A stretch of 64,000 bases of DNA from Azovibrio sp. (GTDB lineage: Bacteria; Pseudomonadota; Gammaproteobacteria; Burkholderiales; Rhodocyclaceae), in NCBI GenBank assembly GCA_026414665.1, contig JAOAIO010000004.1:1700-65699 (forward strand). The letters are read 5' to 3'. How positions within the stretch are numbered: position 1 is the stretch's first letter; each line of letters opens with the position of its first letter. Shown here piece by piece: positions 8,640 through 17,743 of the stretch. A program made the translations under genes and the position numbers. Below the pieces are notes generated by a model. It saw only the letters and a program-made list of their open reading frames with translations. It had not been told where the DNA came from and did not search any database.

Positions 8640-9925
8640 GAGTCGTTCTCGGGTTTGATGGCGGTGACTACCCATACCGGGTTTTGCGCCGCCAGGCGGT
8701 GCATGTGCAGGATGGGCTGGCTGCGGCTGGCTTGCAGCTGCACCACGTCCCAGACGGCGCTTTGGCTGGCCAAGACCTGCAAGGCCGTGCTTAGGTTTTC
8801 GAGCGTGACGAAATTCATCACGAGGCGTCCGCCCGGGCGCAGCCGGGCGAGCGCGAGCGCGATCAGCTCGGGCAGCTCGCCGCCCGAGCCGCCGATGAAC
8901 ACGGCGTCCGGGTCGGGCCAGTCGGCGAGACCGGCGGGCGCCTTGCCTTCGACCAGGGTGTAATTGCCGATGCCCAGGCGCAGGCTATTGGCGCGCGCCA
9001 GCGCGGCATCGGCGGCATTCTTTTCGATGGCCCAAACATGGCCGAAAGGCGCCAGGCGGGCGCATTCGAGCCCGACCGAGCCGGAGCCGGCGCCGATGTC
9101 CCAGACGCGAGCATCGGGCTGTAGCGCGAGCTTGGCCAAGGATAGGGCGCGTGCTTCTTGCTTGGTGATCAAGCCTTTTTCGGGGGTGCGCTGCGCATAG
9201 GCGCTGTCCTCGAGCCCGAAGGCGGGGCCTAGACGCGGCGTGTGCTCAACGAGCACGACCGCGGGCGCCGGGCAGGCCAGGTTGGCGACTTCGGCGAGGG
9301 TAAGGTCGATATGGATGGCTTCGTCGGCGTGCAGCAGGCGGCTGGCGATGCACAGGCGCGGCGGCGGCGTGACGGCGCCATAGCCGGCAGCGAGCAGGGC
9401 GCGGGCCAGGCGCGCCGGATCGTTCGCCGGGCTGGTGAAAGCGAACACCCGCGGGTTCAGGGCGATGGCGCGCATCAGGGCATACAGGCCGTGCTCGGGC
9501 GGAGCGCCGGGCTGCCATTCGCCGGCGTCCTGGCCGTGACAGGAGGCGATGCGCACATCCTGCCAGGGCTTTTGCCAGCGGGCGAAGGCGAGCTGGAGCG
9601 TTGAGAGCGCCGGCACGATTTCGAGCGCGGCGCCGCCTAGCTTATCGATCAGATAGCTGCCGATGCCATGGCAAAGCGGGTCGCCCGTTGCTAGCACGAC
9701 CACGGCCTGGCCGGCGGCCTGCGCCGCTGCGGCCCAGGTCGGCGCTTGCGTGAGCGCGCCATCCATGTCGCGCACGGCCGCATGCGCGGCGAGATGCGGG
9801 CGTACCCGTTCGAGCGTGCGGCCGACGCCGATCACCAGGTCGGCCTCGGCGAGCAGGGCGCGGGCGCGCGCGTTGAGTCCTTCCCAGCCGTCGTCGAGAA
9901 TGCCGAGGATGTGGATGCGCTTCAT
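8603..9925 (-). CDS. cbiET: bifunctional precorrin-6Y C5,15-methyltransferase (decarboxylating) CbiE/CbiT (CobL)
   Basis: ATGDPLCHGIG; ITKQEARALSL, WDIGAGSGSV, PDAVFIGGSGG, LRPGGRLVMNFVTLE; start at MKRIHILG behind GGAGG. Confidence 0.92.
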   Translation of the reverse strand: MKRIHILGILDDGWEGLNARARALLAEADLVIGVGRTLERVRPHLAAHAAVRDMDGALTQAPTWAAAAQAAGQAVVVLATGDPLCHGIGSYLIDKLGGAALEIVPALSTLQLAFARWQKPWQDVRIASCHGQDAGEWQPGAPPEHGLYALMRAIALNPRVFAFTSPANDPARLARALLAAGYGAVTPPPRLCIASRLLHADEAIHIDLTLAEVANLACPAPAVVLVEHTPRLGPAFGLEDSAYAQRTPEKGLITKQEARALSLAKLALQPDARVWDIGAGSGSVGLECARLAPFGHVWAIEKNAADAALARANSLRLGIGNYTLVEGKAPAGLADWPDPDAVFIGGSGGELPELIALALARLRPGGRLVMNFVTLENLSTALQVLASQSAVWDVVQLQASRSQPILHMHRLAAQNPVWVVTAIKPENDSCKPLRPALMAN

Positions 9926-9998
9926 CGTTGTCCCTCCAGGGGGCGGGCGGCGGCGCGACGCCGCGGGGGCGGGATGTCTGGGCGATACGCTTGGGGGG

Positions 9999-11180
9999 TC
10001 ATGCGCCGAGCTCCGTTTCGTCGACGCGGCAGATGTAGCGGCCTTCGAAATCGCATACCAGCACGGCCAGCTGGTAAGGGCCGGGGTACTGGCGCTTGAG
10101 CGTCCGAATGGCGCGGGCGGCCAGGCAGCGATGGAAGCCGACCGACAGGCCCAAGGCGGCGAGGCGCTCGGCGGCAAAGCGCGCCGTTTCAGCCGCGCGG
10201 ATTTCCGCGATCAGGTCCTCCGGGGCGCCGACTTCGGCGGCCGCGGCGGCGAGGATGTCGCGGTCCACTTCCGCCTTCCAGGCGTGCGTCACGGCCAGGC
10301 CCTGGCACATCTTGGTGAGCTTGCCGACCATGGCGCCGACGTAGATGCGCGGCAACTGGCGCTTGATGGCGCGGCTAAAGGCGGCTTTGACGAAATCGCC
10401 CATTTGCACGAAGCAGGCTTCGTCGAGTTCCGGCAACTGGCCCATGGCGAATTTCTCGGTGCGGCCGCCGGTGGTGAACACCACGCTCGTCTGGCCTTGC
10501 CGCGCCGCCACGTCGATGGCCTGGATGACGCTGGCGCGGAAGGCGGCGGTGGAATAGGGGCGCACGATGCCGGTCGTGCCGAGGATGGAAATGCCGCCCA
10601 AGATGCCAAGCCGCGCGTTCAAGGTCTTTTTCGCCATGTCGGCGCCGCCGGGCACGGAGAGCGTGACTTCCAACCCATCGGCAGCGAGCAGCTCGCCGGC
10701 CACGGCGCGCAGATTGTCGGCGATGTTGCGCCGGGGCACCGGGTTGATGGCCGGGCCGCCGACTTCGAGCCCCAGCCCTTCCTTGGTGACGACCCCGACC
10801 CCTACGCCGCCTTTGAGCACGATTTCGCCGGCATGATGGCGCAAGACGCGCACCTCCGCCGTCATGTGGGCGCCATGGGTGGCGTCGGGGTCGTCGCCGG
10901 CATCCTTGACGACCACGGCGCGCGCGCATGTGCCGGCTTCGAGCACCTCGCCAGCGTGCACCGCAAAGCGCACTTCCTGGCCATTCGGGAGCTGGCATGA
11001 CACCGTTTCCGGCACCCGGCCGCACAACACGCCCAAGGCGGCGGCGCGGGCCGCGGCGGCGGCGCAGGCGCCCGTGGTAAAGCCGGTGCGGTTGCCACGC
11101 GCGCGCCTGCCATCGCCCTTGCGTACCTTGGCGGAGGGCGGCGCAGCTGGCGCGTCAGGGCTGGGCGCGTGTGCCGTCAT
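9999..11180 (-). CDS. cbiD: cobalt-precorrin-5B C1-methyltransferase CbiD
   Basis: GFTTGACAAAAA, KDAGDDPDATHG, PAINPVPR, TLNARLGILGGISILGTTG; ATGA overlap with cbiC. Confidence 0.95.
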   Translation of the reverse strand: MTAHAPSPDAPAAPPSAKVRKGDGRRARGNRTGFTTGACAAAAARAAALGVLCGRVPETVSCQLPNGQEVRFAVHAGEVLEAGTCARAVVVKDAGDDPDATHGAHMTAEVRVLRHHAGEIVLKGGVGVGVVTKEGLGLEVGGPAINPVPRRNIADNLRAVAGELLAADGLEVTLSVPGGADMAKKTLNARLGILGGISILGTTGIVRPYSTAAFRASVIQAIDVAARQGQTSVVFTTGGRTEKFAMGQLPELDEACFVQMGDFVKAAFSRAIKRQLPRIYVGAMVGKLTKMCQGLAVTHAWKAEVDRDILAAAAAEVGAPEDLIAEIRAAETARFAAERLAALGLSVGFHRCLAARAIRTLKRQYPGPYQLAVLVCDFEGRYICRVDETELGA

Positions 11181-11845
11181 GCCGCCTGCGCTTGGGCTTC
11201 GGCCAGAGCAAGGAGCGCATGGAGGGCGGCGACCACCAGGGTGGAGCCGCCCTTGCGGCCTTGGATGGCGATCCAGGGCACTTCGGTGAGCTGCATCAGC
11301 AGGGCCTTGGATTCGGCCGCGGCGACGAAGCCGACCGGCATCCCCAGCACCAAAGCCGGGCGCACGCCTTCGTTTTGGATCAGGCGTATGAGTTCGAGCA
11401 GCGCCGTGGGCGCGTTGCCGATGCCGACGATGGCGCCTTCGAGGATACCGAGGCGCTGCGCCTTGCGCATGGCTTGCACGGCGCGGGTGGTGCCTTCGGC
11501 CTGGGCGGCGGCGATCACGTCCGGGTCGGCGATGTAGTGGTGTGCGCTCAGACCGAAATGCGCGAGACGGGGCCGCGACAGGCCGACGCAGATCATTTCC
11601 ACGTCGGCGACGATGGGCGTGCCGCCTTGGCGGATGGCGCGGATGCCGGCGGTTATCGCATCGGGGTGAAAGGCGGTCAGGCCGTTGAAGTCGAAATCGG
11701 CGTTGGCATGGATCATGCGCCGCACCAGTGGCCATTGTTCGGCGCTATAGGCGTGCGGGCCGGCTTCGGCATCGATGATGGCGAAGGAGTCGTGTTCGAT
11801 GGCGCGGCCGGCGGCCGTCAATTGTTCGGTGATGGCAAGGGTCAT
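11177..11845 (-). CDS. cbiC: precorrin-8X methylmutase CbiC/CobH
   Basis: IEHDSFAIID, RRMIHANAD, IGNAPTAL, GMPVGFV.AAESK, GRKGGS. Confidence 0.95.
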   Translation of the reverse strand: MTLAITEQLTAAGRAIEHDSFAIIDAEAGPHAYSAEQWPLVRRMIHANADFDFNGLTAFHPDAITAGIRAIRQGGTPIVADVEMICVGLSRPRLAHFGLSAHHYIADPDVIAAAQAEGTTRAVQAMRKAQRLGILEGAIVGIGNAPTALLELIRLIQNEGVRPALVLGMPVGFVAAAESKALLMQLTEVPWIAIQGRKGGSTLVVAALHALLALAEAQAQAA

Positions 11846-11860
11846 GGTTGCAGTTGGGGT

Positions 11861-12766
11861 TCAAGCATGGGGGTGCGGATGATCGTGCGGGTGATCGTGC
11901 GGGTGATCGTGCGGGTGGGCGCTGCCGGTGTGGCTGTGGTCGTGCAGGTGTTCCGCTTCGGCGAGCGCACGGTACTTGCAGCCATCGCATTCGAGCATGC
12001 GCTCGCCGCTTGCCTGTTCAGCGATGCGCTGATCGAGGAGCGCGAAGATGCCGGGGTCGAAGCCAAAGTGGCTGCCCAAGGCAAACGCGACGTGCGGATA
12101 CTGCTGGCGCAGCCGCGCCACCTGTTCACGGATGCGCTCAATGAGCACGCCGGTAAAGAGGTAGACCGGCAAGATCACGATCTGCATCATGCCCAGCTTC
12201 ACCTGGCGCTGCACGACGGTTTCTAGGCGCGGCCAGGTGATGCCGGTAAAGGCCAGGTCTACGAGTTCGTGCGCATGGGCTTCGTAGATCCAGCGCGCCA
12301 TCTTGGCCAGCTCGCCGTTGGCGCCCGCGTCGGAAGAGCCGCGTCCGAGCAAGATGATGCCGGTCGTGCGCGGGTCAGGCATGGCGAGACTTTGCAATTG
12401 TCGGGCAAGCTGCTCGGCGAGAATGGTGTACATCTCCTGGCCCATGCCCAAGTGCCGGGTGAGGTAAAACGCTACCTGCGGGTGGCGTTCTCGGGCGCGG
12501 GCCAAGGCGGCGGGTAGCTCCATCTTGACGTGGCCGGCGGCATTGAGGATGAACGGGATGACGATGACCCGGCGGGCTTGCGCGGCGGCCCGGTCGAGGC
12601 CCTCGGCGAGCAGCACGTCGGCATGTTCGATGAAGCAGACCTCGATCCGCCAATCCGGGTGTTCGGCGCGCCAGCGCTCGGCGAAGGCATAGGTCTCGTG
12701 ATTGCCCGCCGGGCCGCGCGAGCCATGGCAGACGAGCAGATATGTCGTGTCGTGCGGCATCTTCAT
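11861..12766 (-). CDS. cbiX: sirohydrochlorin cobaltochelatase CbiX (long form) with CxxC motif and His-rich tail
   Basis: HGSR, AGHVK.ELP, GRGSSD..AN, PVYLFTG, MLECDGCKY, HPHDHPHDHPHDHPHPH. Confidence 0.9.
   Translation of the reverse strand: MKMPHDTTYLLVCHGSRGPAGNHETYAFAERWRAEHPDWRIEVCFIEHADVLLAEGLDRAAAQARRVIVIPFILNAAGHVKMELPAALARARERHPQVAFYLTRHLGMGQEMYTILAEQLARQLQSLAMPDPRTTGIILLGRGSSDAGANGELAKMARWIYEAHAHELVDLAFTGITWPRLETVVQRQVKLGMMQIVILPVYLFTGVLIERIREQVARLRQQYPHVAFALGSHFGFDPGIFALLDQRIAEQASGERMLECDGCKYRALAEAEHLHDHSHTGSAHPHDHPHDHPHDHPHPHA
11880..11917. repeat. 12-bp tandem repeat (TGATCGTGCGGG x3) encoding HPHD units of the CbiX tail
   Basis: Three exact copies read directly from the sequence. 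Confidence 0.9.
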
Positions 12767-12857
12767 CGGCTCCTGGGCAGCGCGGCCGCCTGGCGATTTA
12801 GCGTGGCCGCCGGGGCACAGAGACTGACGTGCGGGGTGCATGGCAAAGGGGCTGGCG

Positions 12858-13655
12858 TCATGCGGAGGGCTCCGGGGCGAGGGTGGCGGAACGAAAACGG
12901 TGGGCAAAGGCCGGGTCATACAGTTTCGAGCGCGCCAGTTCCGGCCAGTCCGCGGCGCCCAGAGTGGGACTGGCTACGATCATGGCTTGGCTGGCGATTT
13001 TCTCCGCCTGGCATCTTTGCTTGATGTCGGCGAGCGTGCCGCGCACGATCTTTTCCTCGCCGGGCCAGGACGCTTTTTGCACCACCAGTATTGGCGCCGT
13101 CTCGGGCCAGCCGGCGGCGCGTAGCGCATCCTGCACCTTGTGCAGCAAGGTGATCGACAGGTAGATGCACAGCGTCGTCTTGTGCGCCGCGAGCGCGGCG
13201 AGGTCTTCGCCCGGCGGCATCGGTGTGCGGCCGGCAACCCGGGTGAAGATGACGGTCTGGGTCACTTCCGGTAGGGTCAAGGTCTCGCGCGCTGCCGCCA
13301 TCGCCGCCATCGCCGACGATACCCCAGGCACGACGGCCCATTCGATGCCGGCGGCGGTGAGCGGTCGGGTGAGTTCGATGAGCGTGCCATATAAGCCCGG
13401 GTCGCCGGTTTGCAGGCGAACCACGGTGGCATGTCGCGCGGCGGCCGCGCTGAGCCAGTCCACCATGGCTTCGAGCGTCATGTCCTTCGAGTCGCGGATG
13501 TCGCAGCCAGGCGGGGCATACAGGGTGGCGGCCCGGTCTACGAGCGAGCCGGCGAACAGCACCGCGCCGGCCTGTTCGAGCAAGTGTCGCCCCTTGACGG
13601 TGATCAAGTCGGGGTCGCCGGGACCGGCGCCGACAAACCAGATTTTTCCAGGCAT
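12858..13655 (-). CDS. cbiF: (cobalt-)precorrin-4 C11-methyltransferase CbiF/CobM
   Basis: FVGAGPGDPDLITVKG, AGSLV, RLQTGDPGLYG, TLPEVTQTVI, KASWP, SKLYD. Confidence 0.93.
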   Translation of the reverse strand: MPGKIWFVGAGPGDPDLITVKGRHLLEQAGAVLFAGSLVDRAATLYAPPGCDIRDSKDMTLEAMVDWLSAAAARHATVVRLQTGDPGLYGTLIELTRPLTAAGIEWAVVPGVSSAMAAMAAARETLTLPEVTQTVIFTRVAGRTPMPPGEDLAALAAHKTTLCIYLSITLLHKVQDALRAAGWPETAPILVVQKASWPGEEKIVRGTLADIKQRCQAEKIASQAMIVASPTLGAADWPELARSKLYDPAFAHRFRSATLAPEPSA

Positions 13656-14512
13656 TCGGAGCATTCCTCGCAAGGTGCGGCAGCTTTGCGCGGCAAGGCC
13701 GCCAGGAGTTCGTCGAAACTACGCGGTAGCCGCGGCGCGGCGGCGAGGCCGCGCTCGCTAAGCTGCTGGTAGAGCGATAGCACGGCCGGCTGCGGCTGGC
13801 CGGCGGCGCGGAGCACGGCGAGCTGCTCTGGCCATGCGTCAGCGGCGAAGGCGGCAGTGCAGCAGCCGTCTTCAAGCAGGTAGAGGGTATCCGCCCAGCG
13901 ATAGGCGAAATCCACGTCATGGGTCGAGACCAGCAAGCTCACGCCTTCTGCCGCGAGTCGGTCGAGCACGGCGATGAGTTCGGCTTGCATCGCGGCATCT
14001 AGGCCAGCCATGGGCTCATCCAGCAGGATGAGATCGGGTGACATGGCCAGCACGCCGGCGATGCAGGCTCGCTTTTTCTGGCCGTGACTTAAGTGCTGCA
14101 CTGGCCGTTCGGCGAGCGCCGTGAGCCCCACCGCCGCCAAGGCAAAGGCCGTGCGTTGGCGCACCTCGGCGGGCGGCAGGCCGAGATTCAGCGGGCCGAA
14201 GGAGACATCTGCCGCGACGGTGGGCGCGAGCAGCTGCGCTTCTGGGTTTTGGAACACGAGGCCGACCCGGCGGCGCAGCGCCGCGAGCCCGGCGCGGCTG
14301 TAATCGAAAGGTTGGCCGTCAAGCCGCAGCTCGCCGCTTGTGGGGCGCAGCAGACCGTTGAAATGCTGTAGCAAAGTGGTTTTGCCGGCGCCGTTGGCGC
14401 CTAGCAGGACATTGCGGCTGCCGGCAGCAATGCTAAGCGAGCAGTCGCGCAGCGCTTGGCGGCCATCCGGGTATGCATAGCGAAGGTGCCGGGCTTCGAG
14501 CAGCGGGGTCAC
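13604..14512 (-). CDS. cbiO: ECF cobalt transporter ATPase CbiO
   Basis: Walker A GANGAGKT, FQNPEAQL, LSHGQKKR, LLDEP, STHD; GTG start overlapping the cbiQ stop. Confidence 0.9.
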   Translation of the reverse strand: MTPLLEARHLRYAYPDGRQALRDCSLSIAAGSRNVLLGANGAGKTTLLQHFNGLLRPTSGELRLDGQPFDYSRAGLAALRRRVGLVFQNPEAQLLAPTVAADVSFGPLNLGLPPAEVRQRTAFALAAVGLTALAERPVQHLSHGQKKRACIAGVLAMSPDLILLDEPMAGLDAAMQAELIAVLDRLAAEGVSLLVSTHDVDFAYRWADTLYLLEDGCCTAAFAADAWPEQLAVLRAAGQPQPAVLSLYQQLSERGLAAAPRLPRSFDELLAALPRKAAAPCEECSECLEKSGLSAPVPATPT

Positions 14513-15243
14513 AGCCGGGCTCCGAGCACGACGGCGAGCAAGGCGCTGCTTGCGACGAGGGCAATGCTGGCATCGCGCCAAGGATGCGCAGGCGTGGCAG
14601 ACAAAAAGCGTAAGCCGTCGGCGCCATTGCGCGCGGCGGCGGCGCGCTCCAAGTCACGCGCGCGGCGCCAGGTTTCGCATAGCAGACAAGCGAGCAGCAA
14701 CCCGAGCGAGCGCAGACTATGCCAGGTCGAGACATGGCCGAGCCGGGCGGCTTGGGCGCGCTGCATGTCGGCGGTCGAGACGCTGAGCACGGCCAGCATC
14801 CGGTAAGCGACGTGCATCACATCGAGTAGTACGGTCGGGCAACGCATGCGGCGCAGCAGGTCGAACAAATCGGCGAGCGGGGTGCTCAGCACGAGCAAAA
14901 GCAGCGCGGTCGACGCGGCCGCGGCGCGGCCGAGCACCTCGGCCATGCGCGTGCCGGCATCCGGGGCCCAGTGCCAACCCGTGGCTGGCGCCCAGCTGAA
15001 CGCGAGCGGCAGCACGCCGAGCGCGAGGAAGCCGAGCGGCAAGCACGCCACCCGCAGCCAAAGCCGCGCCGGCACGCCGGCGCCATAGCAGGTGATGAGG
15101 GCGAATGCGAGTGCCAGGCCAAAGGTCACGGGCGCCGAATCGGCGAGCAGCGCCGCGAGCAGGCCGGCGAGCGCGAAGCCGGTTTTGGCTGCGGGACTCA
15201 CCCGGCGCCAGCGGCTTTGTGCGGCGATGCTGTCAATCAGCAC
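14509..15243 (-). CDS. cbiQ: ECF cobalt transporter T component CbiQ
   Basis: Hydrophobic; W..VSPAAK, STP, YR, AQAARLG, ARNG; lies between cbiN and cbiO. Confidence 0.88.
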   Translation of the reverse strand: MLIDSIAAQSRWRRVSPAAKTGFALAGLLAALLADSAPVTFGLALAFALITCYGAGVPARLWLRVACLPLGFLALGVLPLAFSWAPATGWHWAPDAGTRMAEVLGRAAAASTALLLLVLSTPLADLFDLLRRMRCPTVLLDVMHVAYRMLAVLSVSTADMQRAQAARLGHVSTWHSLRSLGLLLACLLCETWRRARDLERAAAARNGADGLRFLSATPAHPWRDASIALVASSALLAVVLGARL

Positions 15244-15583
15244 GGCGCGGACCTTGCGTGTTGGCAGCTTGGGTGTCGCGGCGCAGGCGCTCGCGCATCA
15301 GCGCGCCACCCAGCCAAAAGCCGATAAAGCCGGCGCCCAGCGCCGCTTGCAGGGCGAATAGCAGGGTTTCTACCTCGCCGCCGGGCGGCTCGAAGAGTGG
15401 CGCGAACCATGGCGTGTAGTCGGGGGCGAGCGCCGCGATGGCGGCTTGCGCCTGGCTATCGGTGCCGGCGAAGGCTTCACCGGCCTCGCCGCCGGCGCCG
15501 GCTTCCGGCGCCGGCACGAGATAAAGGGGCAGCGCCACGAGCAGCGCTGCAAGGCAGATGAGCAGCAGATTCTGGCGTTTCAT
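15233..15583 (-). CDS. cbiN: cobalt transport protein CbiN
   Basis: FAGTDSQA, PDYTPWF.PLFEPPGGEVETLLFALQAALGAG. Confidence 0.93.
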   Translation of the reverse strand: MKRQNLLLICLAALLVALPLYLVPAPEAGAGGEAGEAFAGTDSQAQAAIAALAPDYTPWFAPLFEPPGGEVETLLFALQAALGAGFIGFWLGGALMRERLRRDTQAANTQGPRRAD

Positions 15584-15593
15584 GGGGCAAGCC

Positions 15594-16262
15594 TTAGTTG
15601 CTTTCTCTTGCCTGGCCAAGCGGCAACAGGCGCAGTTCTTCGGCGTTGAAGCGCTGTAGCGCATTGACGATGACCACGGTGAGCATGCCTTCGACGAGGG
15701 CGAGCGGCACCTGGGTCAAGGCAAAGATGCCGGCGAATTTGATGAAGGCGGCGAACACCCCGCCGGTGGCGTCTGGAAAGGCCAGCGCCAGTTGCAGCGC
15801 AGTCACGACATAGGTGGTGAGATTGCCGAGGGCTGCGGCGGCGAACACCGCGGGTGCGAGGCCGAGGCGGCGCAGCAGCCGGAAGGCGAGATAGGCGATG
15901 CCAGGCCCGGCGATGCCCATCGAAAACAAATTCGCGCCCAGGGTGGTAAGGCCGCCGTGCGCCAGTAGCAAAGCTTGGAAGGTAAGGACCACGAAGGCGA
16001 CGGGGACCATGGCGAGCGGCCCGAACAAGAGCGCGCCCAGACCGACGCCGGTGGGGTGGGAGCTGCTGCCGGTCAGCGATGGCAGCTTTAGGGCCGAAAG
16101 TACGAAAGCGAACGCCGTGGCGACACCGAGCAACATACGCTCTTGCGGCGCGGCGGCGAGCCGTTGCTTGAGTTTGACGGTGCCCCAGAGCAGCGCTGGG
16201 GCCGATGCTGCCGTCCATGCCAACGCATGCGGCAGCGGCAAAAAGCCTTCCATGATGTGCAT
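15594..16262 (-). CDS. cbiM: ECF cobalt transporter S component CbiM
   Basis: N-terminal MHIMEGFLP; SALKLPS..GSSSHPTG; FQALLLAHGGLTTLGAN. Confidence 0.96.
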   Translation of the reverse strand: MHIMEGFLPLPHALAWTAASAPALLWGTVKLKQRLAAAPQERMLLGVATAFAFVLSALKLPSLTGSSSHPTGVGLGALLFGPLAMVPVAFVVLTFQALLLAHGGLTTLGANLFSMGIAGPGIAYLAFRLLRRLGLAPAVFAAAALGNLTTYVVTALQLALAFPDATGGVFAAFIKFAGIFALTQVPLALVEGMLTVVIVNALQRFNAEELRLLPLGQARESN

Positions 16263-16365
16263 AAAACCCTCACCCGAGTTTAAACAAGCGCTATGTCAAA
16301 GGGATGAGGGAGAAGGCGGCGAACCCGCCTGGCTTCCCTCACCCCGGGGAGTCGCGCGGCATCGA

Positions 16366-16556
16366 CTTCGGGCCGGTCTTCTGGCTCGCCGTCATCCTTC
16401 GCTATGCCTTCCCGTGTCGGACACAGTGGCGTTGAAATAGCGTCGTCAGGCTCACAGCAGCGGGGGCTGCGCCGGAATGGCTGAAAAGGCGTTTCAGCGG
16501 CACCGGACTTCCCGTTTCACCCGCACGCCGGAACGGCATACGGGCACCCGAAGGAG
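16366..16556 (-). ncRNA. cobalamin (AdoCbl) riboswitch
   Basis: Minus strand reads GGTGCCC...GGGTGAAACGGGAAGTCCGGTG...TTCCGGCGCAGCCCCCGCTGCTGTGA...GCCACTG...GGGAAGGC...GAGCCAGAAGACCGGCCC (B12 box), directly upstream of cbiM; ends approximate. Confidence 0.93.
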
Positions 16557-16741
16557 AGCGATTGTAACCCATCATGATCGGTTTGCACGCCCCCGAGCAT
16601 GAAAGCGGTGCGCCGCCGCCGCTGTCTCGGGAGGCGGTGGGGAGCTGCGTGAGTCGCCTATCGACTTTCTCCCTAACGCCTTGGCGCGGACCTTGGCGCG
16701 GCGCGTGAGCAAGCGGGCGCGGATGCCGGTAAACTCGCGGC

Positions 16742-17743
16742 ATGTCCGTTTCGCCTCATTCTGCCGCGCCGGTTTATCGTGGCCGTTTCGCGCCGAGTCC
16801 GACCGGGCCGTTGCATTTCGGCTCGCTCGTGGCGGCGCTGGCGTCCTGTCTCGATGCCCGTGCGCACGGCGGCGAGTGGTGGGTGCGCATCGAGGATGTG
16901 GATGCGCCGCGCAGCGTGCCCGGCGCGGCCGAATCCATCCTGGCTTGCCTCGAGGCGCACGGCTTTGCTTGGGATGGACCGGTGCTGTGGCAGAGTACCC
17001 GGTTGGAGGCCTACCGGGCGGCGCTCGATGGCTTGCGGGCGGCGGGGCTGGCTTATGCGTGCGCCTGCTCGCGTCAGGAGATCGCCGCCTTGAGCGCGCA
17101 GATCGGGGTCGATGGCGCTCGGCTTTATCCCGGCACCTGCCGCCTAGGCTTGCCGCCGGGCCGCGCGGCGCGGGCTTGGCGGCTCAAGGTGACGGGCGAG
17201 GTGACATTCGTGGACCGCGTCCAGGGGCCAGTGCGCCAGTGCTTGCCGCAGGAGGTCGGCGATTTCGTGCTGTTGCGCGGCGATGGCCAGTTTGCCTATC
17301 AGTTCGCGGTGGTGGTCGATGATGCCATGCAGGGCATCAGCGATGTGGTGCGCGGCGCCGACTTGCTCGATTCGACGCCGCGCCAGATTTTCTTGCAGCG
17401 TTGCCTTGGCTATCCCCAGCCCCGCTATGCGCACGTGCCGGTGGCGACCCATGCGGCCGGGGAGAAGTTGTCCAAGCAAACCCGGGCCCCGGCCTTGGCG
17501 CCGGAGCAGGCGGCGGCGAATCTGGTGGCGGCGCTGGCGTTTCTCGGGCAGCGGCCGCCGCCCGAGTTGGCGCAGGCCAGCGTGGCCGAGGTCTGGGCCT
17601 GGGCGCTGGGCGCTTGGGATTTTGCCTGCATCCCGCGTTGCCGGGGGCAGGTGTGGGCGCCCGATTCAGGCGCTGATGCTACGGTTGCGCCCGGCCGACT
17701 TGGCGGCCAGCAAGGCGCAGTCGGCGCGGTTCAAAGTGTCTGA
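16742..17743 (+). CDS. gluQ: glutamyl-Q tRNA(Asp) synthetase
   Basis: YRGRFAPSPTGPLHFGSL, RIEDVD, YACACSR, YPGTCR, VVRGADLL, KLSKQ; no anticodon-binding domain. Confidence 0.93.
   Translation: MSVSPHSAAPVYRGRFAPSPTGPLHFGSLVAALASCLDARAHGGEWWVRIEDVDAPRSVPGAAESILACLEAHGFAWDGPVLWQSTRLEAYRAALDGLRAAGLAYACACSRQEIAALSAQIGVDGARLYPGTCRLGLPPGRAARAWRLKVTGEVTFVDRVQGPVRQCLPQEVGDFVLLRGDGQFAYQFAVVVDDAMQGISDVVRGADLLDSTPRQIFLQRCLGYPQPRYAHVPVATHAAGEKLSKQTRAPALAPEQAAANLVAALAFLGQRPPPELAQASVAEVWAWALGAWDFACIPRCRGQVWAPDSGADATVAPGRLGGQQGAVGAVQSV

Noticed and set aside
9999-11735. Long N-terminal extensions of CbiD (also CbiET, SiaA, NadA, WaaF, PduO, GlnA) in the ORF track
   Set aside because: They overlap upstream genes or promoters. 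Internal starts with RBS or stop-start coupling match the family N-termini.
11873-11917. Short direct repeats as a possible CRISPR or mobile-element end
   Set aside because: 12-bp tandem units without spacers, in frame inside the CbiX His tail; no cas or transposase genes in the window.
13604-13673. CbiO C-terminal CEECSEC resembling an Fe-S or metal motif
   Set aside because: It lies in and next to the 52-bp overlap with the cbiF RBS and start, so it is most simply a read-through by-product. No evidence of conservation is available.
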